Source: Patescibacteria group bacterium
GTDB taxonomy: Bacteria; Patescibacteriota; Microgenomatia; Levybacterales; UBA12049
Direction: 5' to 3'
Length of the DNA: 47,411 nt
Assembly: GCA_030917445.1 (NCBI GenBank)
Contig: JAUPUR010000016.1
Location: forward strand, 1-47,411
Every line of letters begins with the position of its first letter. The first letter of the stretch is position 1. The position numbers and the translations under genes were made by a program. The notes under the pieces are model-generated. The model was not told where the DNA came from. It searched no databases and was given only the letters and a program-made list of their open reading frames with translations. Shown here piece after piece: positions 16,401 through 25,034 of the stretch.

Positions 16401-19055
16401 TTAGTTTACTGCAGCGGAAGCAGAGGGAACTGAAGGTTGTTGAGGTTCTTCTTTTTTCAAAAATGGCGGACTAAAATCTGGAGTAGCAAACTGAGCCTGC
16501 TCTTGTGGCAGCGGTAAAGATTGACCTACACTACTAGGTGATTGTGGAGGAGTAATAGGTTGAGGAATTGAAGAATCTACCACATCTGTTTTTATCTCAT
16601 TTGACTGAGTTGTCACTGTTGGAGACTGCTCTTGATTCACCTGTGTTCCAGCACCTTTTGCAAAAACAAAAGTTGCTTTTGTACTATCGTAATCAATAAG
16701 AATAGTATCTCCTGGTACAAATGATTTATTTATCAAGAGAAGTGCTATCTGATTCTCAATCGAAGTCTGTATCAATCTTCGAAGCGGACGAGCTCCATTC
16801 GCAGGATCGTATCCTTCATCAGCTAGTTGTGCAAGAGCTTTATCTGAAGTTTGAATATGATAACCTTGTTCTTCAAGAAGTTTGGCGGTTTTTGAAATAC
16901 CAAGCTTTGCGATTTGCGACATATCTTGTCTTCTCAAAGGTTTAAAGATCACAACATCATCAAATCTATTCAGAAGTTCTGGTCTAAAGAATTTTCTTAA
17001 TTCGCCATTTACCATACTTGATAATTCAGCAAATTGCTTATCAAAGCTTTCTTGTGTTGAACCTGATGGAGCTTCTGATTTTTCTGACAATTGTTGTTGA
17101 ATAAGAGCACTTCCAATATTTGATGTACAAATAACAATTGTATTCTTAAATGAGATTGTATTACCTTTATTATCAGTTAATCTGCCGTCTTCAAGAAGTT
17201 GAAGTAAAATATTGAATACATCAGGATGAGCTTTCTCAACCTCATCTAACAAAACTATTGAGTACGGTTTTGAACGAACTGCTTCTGTCAACTGTCCACC
17301 TTCTTCATATCCCACATAACCTGGAGGTGCCCCTATGAGCTTTGCAACTTCATGTTTTTCCATGTATTCACTCATATCTAATCTCACAAAAGCATCATCT
17401 TTGCCAAAAAGAAGTTCCGCTAATGCTTTTGCTAATTCAGTCTTTCCGACTCCTGTTGGACCAAGAAAAATAAATGAAGCGATTGGCCGATTTGCTGGAG
17501 CCAAACCGATTCTTCCACGTCTCACTGCTTCTGAAACGGCTTTTACTGCCTCGACCTGGTCAACGAGTCTCTCATGGATTTTGTCTTCCATCTTAAGTAG
17601 TTTTTGACTTTCATCTTCAGTTAGTTTTGTGATTGGAATTCCAGTCCAATCTGATACTACTTTTTCAATATCTTTTTTTACCACTTGGGTGTCTTGTCTT
17701 TTGCCTCCACCATTTGCAAGCTTCACTTCTGCAGCAGCCTCATCGAGAAGATCCACTGCCTTATCAGGAAGATATCGTTCTCCAATGTATTTTTTAGACA
17801 ATTTAACCGCAGCAACAAGAGTATCCTCTGGAAGCGTCACTCCGTGGAATTTCTCATATTTCCCCTTTAAAACTTTAAGCATTTCAACAGCAACATCTTC
17901 AGTTGGTTCTTCTGCAATAATTGGTTGGAATCGACGCTCAAATGCTTTATCCTTCTCAAAATGTTTTCTATATTCAGTTGTGGTCGTTGTACCAATAATC
18001 TGCATATGACCTCGTGCTAAATGGGGTTTTATTATATTGGATGCATCTAATGCTCCATCAGTATCACCAGCACCAATAAGAGTGTGAATTTCATCAATAA
18101 AAAGAATTATTTGACCTTCTGAAGCAATTGTTTCATTAATAACACCCTTCAACCTTTCTTCAAATTCTCCTCTATGTGACGCTCCCGCAACTAGTGAAGC
18201 AAGATCTAGTTGAAATATCTTTCTTCCACTTAATTCCTTTGGTACTTGAGATGAAACAATTTTAAGTGCAAGTCCCTCAACAATTGCTGTCTTTCCCACA
18301 CCTGCTTCTCCTATGATAATCGGATTATTTTTTGTTCTTCTCAGAAGGATATGAGTAAGTCTTTCTGTCTCTTTGTCTCGACCTGCAATTGGATCGAGTT
18401 TTCCTGCACGAGCCTCTTCAGTCAAATCAATAGCAAATTGTTCAAGGACAGATTTCTTTCCACCTTTTGCAAAGTTACCTGTTTTTGTGATCTTTTCAGT
18501 TAATGCCTGTCTTGATATTCCTTTATCTTGAATTTTCTTCGCAGCTTCGAGATCACTATTGCAAAACACAAGAAGTAAATCCTCTGGTGTCACAAAACTT
18601 GCATTTCTCCCCTCAGCCTCTCTATATGCTTTTTCAAAAAGTGCAGTTGAGTCATTACTCAAAGTTGGCTGACCACTAAAAGTCCCTAACTGCTCTTTGC
18701 CTTGAAGTTCTTGTGCGAGTTTTGCGACATCAACATCAAATTGTTCAAGGAGTTTAAAAACAGCTTCATCATACAAAAGCCCAATGAGTAACTGATCAGG
18801 TTCTATAAGTGGTTGTCTAATTCTTTTTGTCTCATCTTGGGCGTGATGAAGCACTTGAGTTGTCCGAGAATCAAGATGAGAAAGAGCTGATAAATTTTGT
18901 CTAAATGACGGATCCATCCGTGAACCTACAGCAGAAGACTGCCCAGGATCACTCGGCGGTGTTTGTGTATCGGAAGGAGTATTCTGATGAGTATTCTCAG
19001 GAATTTGTTGCTCTCCTTTTTGATCTTTATGTTGGCTGAACAGGTTACCAAGCAT
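16401..19055 (-). CDS. Hsp100/Clp-family double-AAA+ chaperone (ClpA-like architecture: no M-domain, no IGF/L ClpP loop) with disordered N- and C-terminal extensions
   Basis: Clp_N repeats. D1 has GEAGVGKTA and ILFIDEIHTLIGAG. D2 has GPTGVGKTE, VLLDEVEKAHPDVFN, GAPPGYVGYEEGG and GARPLRR. Only ~10 residues lie between DEAAAEVKL and VVSDWTGIP, where the ClpB M-domain would sit. Confidence 0.9.
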   Translation of the reverse strand: MLGNLFSQHKDQKGEQQIPENTHQNTPSDTQTPPSDPGQSSAVGSRMDPSFRQNLSALSHLDSRTTQVLHHAQDETKRIRQPLIEPDQLLIGLLYDEAVFKLLEQFDVDVAKLAQELQGKEQLGTFSGQPTLSNDSTALFEKAYREAEGRNASFVTPEDLLLVFCNSDLEAAKKIQDKGISRQALTEKITKTGNFAKGGKKSVLEQFAIDLTEEARAGKLDPIAGRDKETERLTHILLRRTKNNPIIIGEAGVGKTAIVEGLALKIVSSQVPKELSGRKIFQLDLASLVAGASHRGEFEERLKGVINETIASEGQIILFIDEIHTLIGAGDTDGALDASNIIKPHLARGHMQIIGTTTTTEYRKHFEKDKAFERRFQPIIAEEPTEDVAVEMLKVLKGKYEKFHGVTLPEDTLVAAVKLSKKYIGERYLPDKAVDLLDEAAAEVKLANGGGKRQDTQVVKKDIEKVVSDWTGIPITKLTEDESQKLLKMEDKIHERLVDQVEAVKAVSEAVRRGRIGLAPANRPIASFIFLGPTGVGKTELAKALAELLFGKDDAFVRLDMSEYMEKHEVAKLIGAPPGYVGYEEGGQLTEAVRSKPYSIVLLDEVEKAHPDVFNILLQLLEDGRLTDNKGNTISFKNTIVICTSNIGSALIQQQLSEKSEAPSGSTQESFDKQFAELSSMVNGELRKFFRPELLNRFDDVVIFKPLRRQDMSQIAKLGISKTAKLLEEQGYHIQTSDKALAQLADEGYDPANGARPLRRLIQTSIENQIALLLINKSFVPGDTILIDYDSTKATFVFAKGAGTQVNQEQSPTVTTQSNEIKTDVVDSSIPQPITPPQSPSSVGQSLPLPQEQAQFATPDFSPPFLKKEEPQQPSVPSASAAVN

Positions 19056-19061
19056 ATATTA

Positions 19062-19090
19062 ATTAAATACTAATGCCCCCTAAAGAGCAA
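19062..19090 (-). promoter_or_regulatory. Putative promoter of the Hsp100 gene (TTGCTC-17-TTTAAT)
   Basis: Minus strand reads TTGCTCtttagggggcattagtaTTTAATtaatatATG. The -10 box is 6 nt from the ATG. Confidence 0.3.
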
Positions 19091-19094
19091 GTCC

Positions 19095-22000
19095 TTATGT
19101 TTTCTCTTCTGCCTCAAGTGAAGGATTTAATATCTCTGATTTTTTTATTGAAATGTCTACTTTTGTCTCCTCACCCTCTTCTATTGCTTTAAGTGTTTCA
19201 AGCGCCATTTTTCCAGCCTCAAGTTTTGCTTTCAAATATCCTATGACTTCTTCTTTACTAAATCCACCTATCAGGAGGAAAGGGAGAATATCTCGAACAA
19301 GATCTAGTCCGTCCTGCACATCATTTGGATTTGAAGATGACAGAAGATTTATTACATCAGTGATTTGTTTTTGATCACCTTGAATCCACTCTTCTCTTGT
19401 TTGCTCATTTTCGCCAAGTTTTGGAACATCTGAATGAAGATAAATTTCGTACCACATCTTTTTCACAGCTTCATAATCATCAAGACTTACCTGCTGCAAT
19501 CGATTTTGAAGTGGGAGTATAAAAGGAGAGAATTTTTTTGATCTTTGTTTTTTATCAAAACCGTCAATAATTCTTGAAGCTATCGGATGCTTCAAACCTT
19601 TTTCCTTAATTACTTCTTTATAAAAACTCATGGTTTTATCAATTGTTTCTTTTGATGGAGTAAGAAGTGTCATAACAATATACTGAGCAAGTGGATCTCC
19701 ACTCTCAGACGATTTCATAACGAAGGTTTGAAGTTCATTTGCTTTCTCCTCGGTCAATGTCCCTTTTGTCATCTGCAAAAGTTGAGAAGCAAACTCGTGT
19801 GAACTTTCTTCTTGATGAAGTCTCTCTATGAGTTTGGTTATCTCTATCTTCTCAGTTGCAGTCCCTATTTCCTGTGGACGAGATAATTTATTTGCAAACC
19901 GTATCATCTCATTTCCTTGAAGTTGTCTCACTTCTTGAATAAAATTATTTAATCTCTCTACAAAAGCATCCTGCTTAAGTTCTGATGAATGAAGAGTTTT
20001 TTGAATTTCTTTTTCATCAGATGACAAGGTGTCTGTATTTGTTTGATTGACTGAATTTTCTACAAATTGAAAGAATGTTAATGCCTCACTCTCAGATAAT
20101 GATTCACTCTCTGTAAGTGATGTTGCACTGAGAAGTGACTCAGCAGTTTTATTCCCTTTACTACTTTCCCTTTGGAGTTGTTGACGGATCTGTTCATATT
20201 TTTCTTTTTCAGATGGTATTAACGTCTCAGGATGTGCGAGTGATGATAATACTTGAGAAACAATATGATCTTGTGAATTATTTTTTTCGTATTTTTCTTT
20301 TTCGAAAATCACAATATCTTTCATTGTTGGAAGTGTTAAATTTACAAGATTTAATATATCCCCATCATTTTGTATATTTGATGTGGAAACTGGAGATGAA
20401 TTAATAAGAGTTGGAGAAGTTAAAATTGAATCTGTCTGTGGTCTATCTGACGAATCTGATATTTCTCGTGCAACATCTGCAGACATATGCCTAACAGTTT
20501 GCGTTGATTTTCTCTCAGTATCAAGTAAAGTTTCATCTTCTTCAATTTCTTCCTGAACATCTTCCATAACACTTTTTCCAGCTTCAAGTTTTGCTTTCAA
20601 ATATGCAACTATCTCTGTTTGACTAAATCCACCTATGAGTAGGAAAGGCAATATATCTGCAACTTCTTTCATACCTTCTTCAATATCTGATTCATTTTGT
20701 GAAGTAAGGAGGCTAATCGTTTTTTCTATCTCAGTCATATCAGACGTAATCCATTCTTTGCGTGTTTGTCTTCCATTAATATTTTCAGGGACATCTAATT
20801 CTTTATAATTTTCTTTCCACATCTTTTTTACAGCTTCATAGTCATCAAGACTTACTTGCTGTATTCTGTTTACAACAGGGAATGTGCCCGCCTTAGCTTT
20901 TACTGTTGCAGACAATGGAACGGAGACCATTGTTGATTGCTTCTGAGAGATAAGTCCAAGAAGTAGTGTTGCAAGTGGATCACCTTGTTTCTTTGCTTCC
21001 TCAAGTTGAGTTCTTATTTTTTCTGAATCCCAATCTGCTGTGCTTGTTGAATTCTGAGTTCTTTGAAGAATTTCAGTCGCTAAAGGATTATTCTGACTGC
21101 TTGATTGAAGTAACTCTGTATGTATATTCTGTATATCTTGTACTGATAGTTTGTTCTCAATTGATTTAACAATTTTTGTTGCTGTCTGATTTCCTGATTT
21201 ACTTTCTTTAATAAGTTTTTCGTAAAGACTTTGATACTGTATACGCTCTTTTTCATTCTGAATTAACTCTGAGTGTGTTATCTTCTCGAGAACATTTGTT
21301 AAAGCAACTGTTTGAGAGACTTGAGACGAGGAAGCAGTTTTCAGGATTTCAGTCGCTAAAGGATTCCCTAGTGACTGTGCCTTTATTAATTCTTGCTGTA
21401 CGAATTTCACCTGCTCAACTGAGGTAGACTTATCTAGTGACTCTTTAATCAATGTTGCTAATTGATTTCCTGATCGACTTGCGTCAGTTATTTTTTCACG
21501 AAGTTTCTCGTATTGTACTCTCTCTTTTTCAGTTGAAATTTTTTCGGTATTTGATAACTTTTGAAGAACAGATTGTAGTGAAGTTTGCTCTTTTGTTTCA
21601 TTAGTGACAGAGGAAATATTACTTAAAATTGTTTTGACATACTCCTTACTCGAATTTGAAACAGTATTTAATTTTTCTCTTATCTCAATAATTTTTTCTC
21701 TTTCTGATGTATTGGTGACAGTAGATGGATTTGCTAATTGTTGAAGAATTGTTTGAAATGATTGATTAGATTGTGTTGAAGTATTACTTGATGAATACGA
21801 GGCAATTGTTCCAGCTGCATTGAGAATTGATGTAGAAATCTGATCTCCCTGCTTACTTTGTGCAACTAAGCTTTCTCGAATTTGTCTAAATCTTTCTCTC
21901 TCAGCAGGTGTAGATACTTGTGTTGGATTTGCAATATTTTTAAGGATATTACTCGTTCTTTCTTTTTCTCTCTGTAATACTGCTTTACTTGTTATCTTTT

Positions 22001-23357
22001 CTTTTTCAAACCGGGCAATATCTCTCATGGTAGGGATAGATAGTGAAGTGAGTTGTGATATCTTTGTTGTTTGTGAGCGAGCAATAGACGTTGGTCTATT
22101 AACTTGAGTTTTTTGTGAGATTGATGTTGCACGAGGAATCTCGCGCGCAAGACCTGTATTCGCAGGCGCAGTATATTTTCGAGCAAAAGGAAGATTGCGT
22201 GCAAGACCTGTATTCGCAGGTCCAACCGGTACAATAGGTGTTTTTGGATTTGCAGGTGGAATTATACGTGAATTTATAAGACCTAACATCTGTTTGTATG
22301 CTGGGCTTTCTCTATAATTAAATGACATCATATAGTCTAAAAATATTTGTAAGAGAATAAATGGCAGAATTATTACAATCCAAAGCATAATCAATGAAAC
22401 CAAGTAAAGAGCAAATGTATCGGGGAGATTGACACTATTATTAATGCCAACCTTTTGTCCTGGTCCACCAAGGAGAATATTGACAGCTGTTGGATAGATT
22501 ATTTGAGATTTATCACCGATCCCTGCAGGATTGAAAAAAAGTGGAAGACTTGTCTGCCATAATCTCACAAGTCCTGAAAGAAATATCGCAAACAGCGGAG
22601 CATACATTAGCCATCTAAAAAATTCACCAATCCAAATCTTCCCTGTATTTCTGACAGGATAAAAAAGTAGAAGTATAGGAAAAACAGGCGAAATAATAAG
22701 GAAAAACCATAAAATAATCTTTCTGATAATGAGGAGAATTGCCATCACGTAATACGTAAAAGCAGTTAGCTTTACAAAAAGTAGTGAGGTGAAAGCTGTT
22801 TCGTCAAATTCTGTTCCAAACCGCCGTAGTCCCTCAAATGTTCGATAATCAAATCCAATAAAGAGTAAATCTCTTGATGAAATAATAGCTCCTTGAGGGT
22901 TACGCAAGAAAAATCCTTGAAAGATATCAATAATTTGATACAAAAACTGCACGAGTGAAAATGAAAATGTAACAAGTAAAATGACAAGGAGGAATCTAGG
23001 TAAAAATCTTTTAGCTGACAAGCTTTTTCCTCGTGTCACAATAAGAATAAATGAGGTGATCATAATAACCACAAGGAAAAGCGCAAAGACTATTCTCTGG
23101 ACAACCTGCCAAAATGGAATAAGTGGATTTGTAGCATTATCATAATTTTGCGCAGTCCATCGATAATCTCTCAATGTCCAATCAAGAAGCATTCCTGATC
23201 GCGATGCATTTTTACCAATTTTTGTCACCTCTGCGTCTCTTATCCAGGCTCCAACTTGTGGAAGCTCATCTTCTTGAGCGTGTACTGGTTGAGGAATCAA
23301 GAAAAAGATAAACGCAATACTCAGTACAAGTAATAATTTAGGCAGCAGTAATTTCAT
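19095..23357 (-). CDS. Giant (1420 aa) polytopic membrane protein: signal peptide, ~6-8 TM N-terminal domain (possible VirB6/TrbL-like role), ~1050-aa repetitive helical extension
   Basis: Signal peptide MKLLLPKLLLVLSIAFIFFLIPQPVHAQ and a hydrophobic block to ~aa 345. Ser/Thr/Gln/Glu/Lys-rich repeats and a duplicated 117-aa domain follow. The ATG is 2 nt after the stop of the pilin-like gene. Confidence 0.85.
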   Translation of the reverse strand: MKLLLPKLLLVLSIAFIFFLIPQPVHAQEDELPQVGAWIRDAEVTKIGKNASRSGMLLDWTLRDYRWTAQNYDNATNPLIPFWQVVQRIVFALFLVVIMITSFILIVTRGKSLSAKRFLPRFLLVILLVTFSFSLVQFLYQIIDIFQGFFLRNPQGAIISSRDLLFIGFDYRTFEGLRRFGTEFDETAFTSLLFVKLTAFTYYVMAILLIIRKIILWFFLIISPVFPILLLFYPVRNTGKIWIGEFFRWLMYAPLFAIFLSGLVRLWQTSLPLFFNPAGIGDKSQIIYPTAVNILLGGPGQKVGINNSVNLPDTFALYLVSLIMLWIVIILPFILLQIFLDYMMSFNYRESPAYKQMLGLINSRIIPPANPKTPIVPVGPANTGLARNLPFARKYTAPANTGLAREIPRATSISQKTQVNRPTSIARSQTTKISQLTSLSIPTMRDIARFEKEKITSKAVLQREKERTSNILKNIANPTQVSTPAERERFRQIRESLVAQSKQGDQISTSILNAAGTIASYSSSNTSTQSNQSFQTILQQLANPSTVTNTSEREKIIEIREKLNTVSNSSKEYVKTILSNISSVTNETKEQTSLQSVLQKLSNTEKISTEKERVQYEKLREKITDASRSGNQLATLIKESLDKSTSVEQVKFVQQELIKAQSLGNPLATEILKTASSSQVSQTVALTNVLEKITHSELIQNEKERIQYQSLYEKLIKESKSGNQTATKIVKSIENKLSVQDIQNIHTELLQSSSQNNPLATEILQRTQNSTSTADWDSEKIRTQLEEAKKQGDPLATLLLGLISQKQSTMVSVPLSATVKAKAGTFPVVNRIQQVSLDDYEAVKKMWKENYKELDVPENINGRQTRKEWITSDMTEIEKTISLLTSQNESDIEEGMKEVADILPFLLIGGFSQTEIVAYLKAKLEAGKSVMEDVQEEIEEDETLLDTERKSTQTVRHMSADVAREISDSSDRPQTDSILTSPTLINSSPVSTSNIQNDGDILNLVNLTLPTMKDIVIFEKEKYEKNNSQDHIVSQVLSSLAHPETLIPSEKEKYEQIRQQLQRESSKGNKTAESLLSATSLTESESLSESEALTFFQFVENSVNQTNTDTLSSDEKEIQKTLHSSELKQDAFVERLNNFIQEVRQLQGNEMIRFANKLSRPQEIGTATEKIEITKLIERLHQEESSHEFASQLLQMTKGTLTEEKANELQTFVMKSSESGDPLAQYIVMTLLTPSKETIDKTMSFYKEVIKEKGLKHPIASRIIDGFDKKQRSKKFSPFILPLQNRLQQVSLDDYEAVKKMWYEIYLHSDVPKLGENEQTREEWIQGDQKQITDVINLLSSSNPNDVQDGLDLVRDILPFLLIGGFSKEEVIGYLKAKLEAGKMALETLKAIEEGEETKVDISIKKSEILNPSLEAEEKT
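19155..19505 (-). repeat. Copy 2 of intragenic 117-aa domain (NRLQQVSLDDYEAVKKMW..ILPFLLIGGFS..YLKAKLEAGK)
   Basis: Similarity to 20520-20870 is visible at both protein and DNA level. Example: cagcttcataatcatcaagacttacctgctg versus cagcttcatagtcatcaagacttacttgctg. Confidence 0.9.
20520..20870 (-). repeat. Copy 1 of intragenic 117-aa domain (NRIQQVSLDDYEAVKKMW..ILPFLLIGGFS..YLKAKLEAGK)
   Basis: Same length as, and colinear with, 19155-19505. The offset is 1365 nt. Confidence 0.9.
22147..22220 (-). repeat. Direct 20-bp repeat gcaagacctgtattcgcagg, two copies 54 nt apart (encodes PANTGLAR twice)
   Basis: Exact copies at 22147-22166 and 22201-22220, inside the giant ORF just after its TM domain. 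Confidence 0.9.
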
Positions 23358-23359
23358 TT

Positions 23360-23665
23360 TTATCGGGAAAATCCAGGTATAGCTAAAATATCAATCAATA
23401 CAACCTCAATAAAGAGATATCCAAAAATTGCAAGAAGAAGACCCAAGATTGCATAAAAAATATAACTTTTACCTGAGTTGATCTGAGAAGGATTCCCCCT
23501 TGATGTTAAAATGACATACCCGCCAATTATGACGAAAAGAAGTGCAACTCCCCCAATAAGACTCAGTCCAATAGTATAAAATCTTCCGATAAATTGAATT
23601 GGATCAATAGGCAGACACCCTATCTGGGTCATTGTTTCATTGACTGGGCACATAACATACAGCAA
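23360..23665 (-). CDS. T4SS-pilin-like (VirB2/TrbC-type, CPR 'T4SS_pilin' family) two-TM miniprotein
   Basis: CP..GCLPIDP..F cysteine motif, then TM1 (LSLIGGVALLFVIIGGYVIL), TSRGNP, and TM2 (IFYAILGLLLAIFGYLFIEVVL). No room for a signal peptide, because a stop lies immediately upstream. The start is TTG 23665, or ATG 23653 or 23632. Confidence 0.6.
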   Translation of the reverse strand: MLYVMCPVNETMTQIGCLPIDPIQFIGRFYTIGLSLIGGVALLFVIIGGYVILTSRGNPSQINSGKSYIFYAILGLLLAIFGYLFIEVVLIDILAIPGFSR

Positions 23666-23692
23666 ATCCGTTATAAACGGCTACTTAAGAAA

Positions 23693-23721
23693 AGTATAGA
23701 GTCTTCGTGGGGAAATTACAA
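23693..23721 (-). promoter_or_regulatory. Putative promoter of the pilin-like/giant-protein operon (TTGTAA-17-TATACT)
   Basis: Located in the 66-nt spacer after the dnaJ stop. A small hairpin CCGTTtataAACGG follows before the start codon. Confidence 0.35.
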
Positions 23722-23731
23722 TTTGAAGATC

Positions 23732-24601
23732 TTAAAACCAACTTTTTTTACCATTTTCTTTTTCAAAATTCTCTAGAAGTTCTTTTTGTTTTTTGTTAAC
23801 AGACTTTGGAATAACAATTTTAACTCTGACATAATGATCACCTTTATTTGTACTTTGAAGTCGCTGAACACCCTTTCCCCTCAATCGGATGAGAGTCTCA
23901 GGTTGAGTTCCTGGAGGAATCTTAATACTAATTTTTTCATCGATTGTCTCAATCTCGACTGTATCTCCTAATACTGCTTGAGGAAATGATATTTCTTCAA
24001 TGGTAACGATATCAGATCCCTCCCTCTGAAATCTTTTATCAGCAGCTACATCAAACACAAGATCAAATTCACCAAACCTCATTCTCACTCCCGTATCAAC
24101 ACCAGGAGGAATTTTTATTTTTTGTTTTTTTCCATCAATATTTACTTCTTTTTCAGCTCCTTTAATTGCTTCTTGGAATGTAAGGGAAAGTGAGTATACT
24201 GGCCTTCTTTGACGGCTACCAAACGGTGATGCTCCACCAAAAAATTGTTCAAAAATATCAAATGGATCTGAAAATCCTCCAAAATCCTGAGATTGACCGT
24301 TTCCGCCTGTTGAATATGAATAAGAGAATGGCCCATAGCGGCCACCCTGCCCACCAAAAGGACCACCAGCTCCAGCATTTTCAAATGCGGCTTCACCATA
24401 CTGATCATATGCTTGACGTTTACTCACATCAGACAAAACTTCATAAGCCTTTGTAATTTCTTTAAATTTACTTTCTCCTTCTTTTGTTTTATTTCGATCA
24501 GGATGATACTGAAGAGCAAGTTTCCGATATGCCTTTTTTATCTCATCTTGAGTTGCTGATTTAGCGACACCTAAAACTGAATAATAATCATTACTTGCCA
24601 T
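23732..24601 (-). CDS. dnaJ: J-domain co-chaperone, class B architecture (J domain, G/F region, C-terminal domains, no zinc finger)
   Basis: [21 protein letters not shown], then a G/F-rich stretch. The whole 289-aa product has zero cysteines, so the CxxCxGxG repeats are absent. Confidence 0.9.
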   Translation of the reverse strand: MASNDYYSVLGVAKSATQDEIKKAYRKLALQYHPDRNKTKEGESKFKEITKAYEVLSDVSKRQAYDQYGEAAFENAGAGGPFGGQGGRYGPFSYSYSTGGNGQSQDFGGFSDPFDIFEQFFGGASPFGSRQRRPVYSLSLTFQEAIKGAEKEVNIDGKKQKIKIPPGVDTGVRMRFGEFDLVFDVAADKRFQREGSDIVTIEEISFPQAVLGDTVEIETIDEKISIKIPPGTQPETLIRLRGKGVQRLQSTNKGDHYVRVKIVIPKSVNKKQKELLENFEKENGKKSWF

Positions 24602-25034
24602 TTGCTTGTTCTCCTTCTTGGTTTTTTCTTTTCTTTGAATTCAGTCTCGTATTTTCTTTTGCTGTATCAAGTGCCACTCTAATTTCAGCCACCATTTTAC
24701 TCCATTGTTCAGGCGACATCCGACGAGTTGGTTCAACTGGTGTCAATGTCTGATCACTTAACCATGATGGTTCTTTCTCATTGAATGTGTCTTCTCTATC
24801 AGTTTCACGACTAACTTCAGTATTTGGGTTCGCCAGCAGAGCTCGCTCCTTGTGAAGTCTATCTATTTCATCTCGTTGTGTTGAAAAAGGTTGTCCCATA
24901 TTACTTAATCTATCAATTTCTTCGCCGATAAGGTAAATCTGAGTATCAATTTTCTCAATTCTTTGTATTACGTCATTATCAAGTGAAATAGGAGTCAGAG
25001 GAGGCTCAACGAATTCGTTATTTTTTTCCGTCAT
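24591..25034 (-). CDS. Hypothetical 147-aa charged/coiled-coil protein inserted between dnaK and dnaJ
   Basis: The ATG at 25034 overlaps the dnaK 3' end by 17 nt (ATGACGGAAAAAAATAA). The stop overlaps the dnaJ start by 11 nt. Without this ORF there would be an untypical ~416-nt gap. I recognise no motif. Confidence 0.55.
   Translation of the reverse strand: MTEKNNEFVEPPLTPISLDNDVIQRIEKIDTQIYLIGEEIDRLSNMGQPFSTQRDEIDRLHKERALLANPNTEVSRETDREDTFNEKEPSWLSDQTLTPVEPTRRMSPEQWSKMVAEIRVALDTAKENTRLNSKKRKNQEGEQANGK

Noticed and set aside
19095-23357. Repetitive DNA in the 19-22 kb region as a possible CRISPR array or mobile-element repeat.
   Set aside because: All repeats are in-frame parts of one uninterrupted 1420-codon ORF. 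They have variable spacing and diverged sequence, and there are no short identical repeat/spacer units or cas genes.
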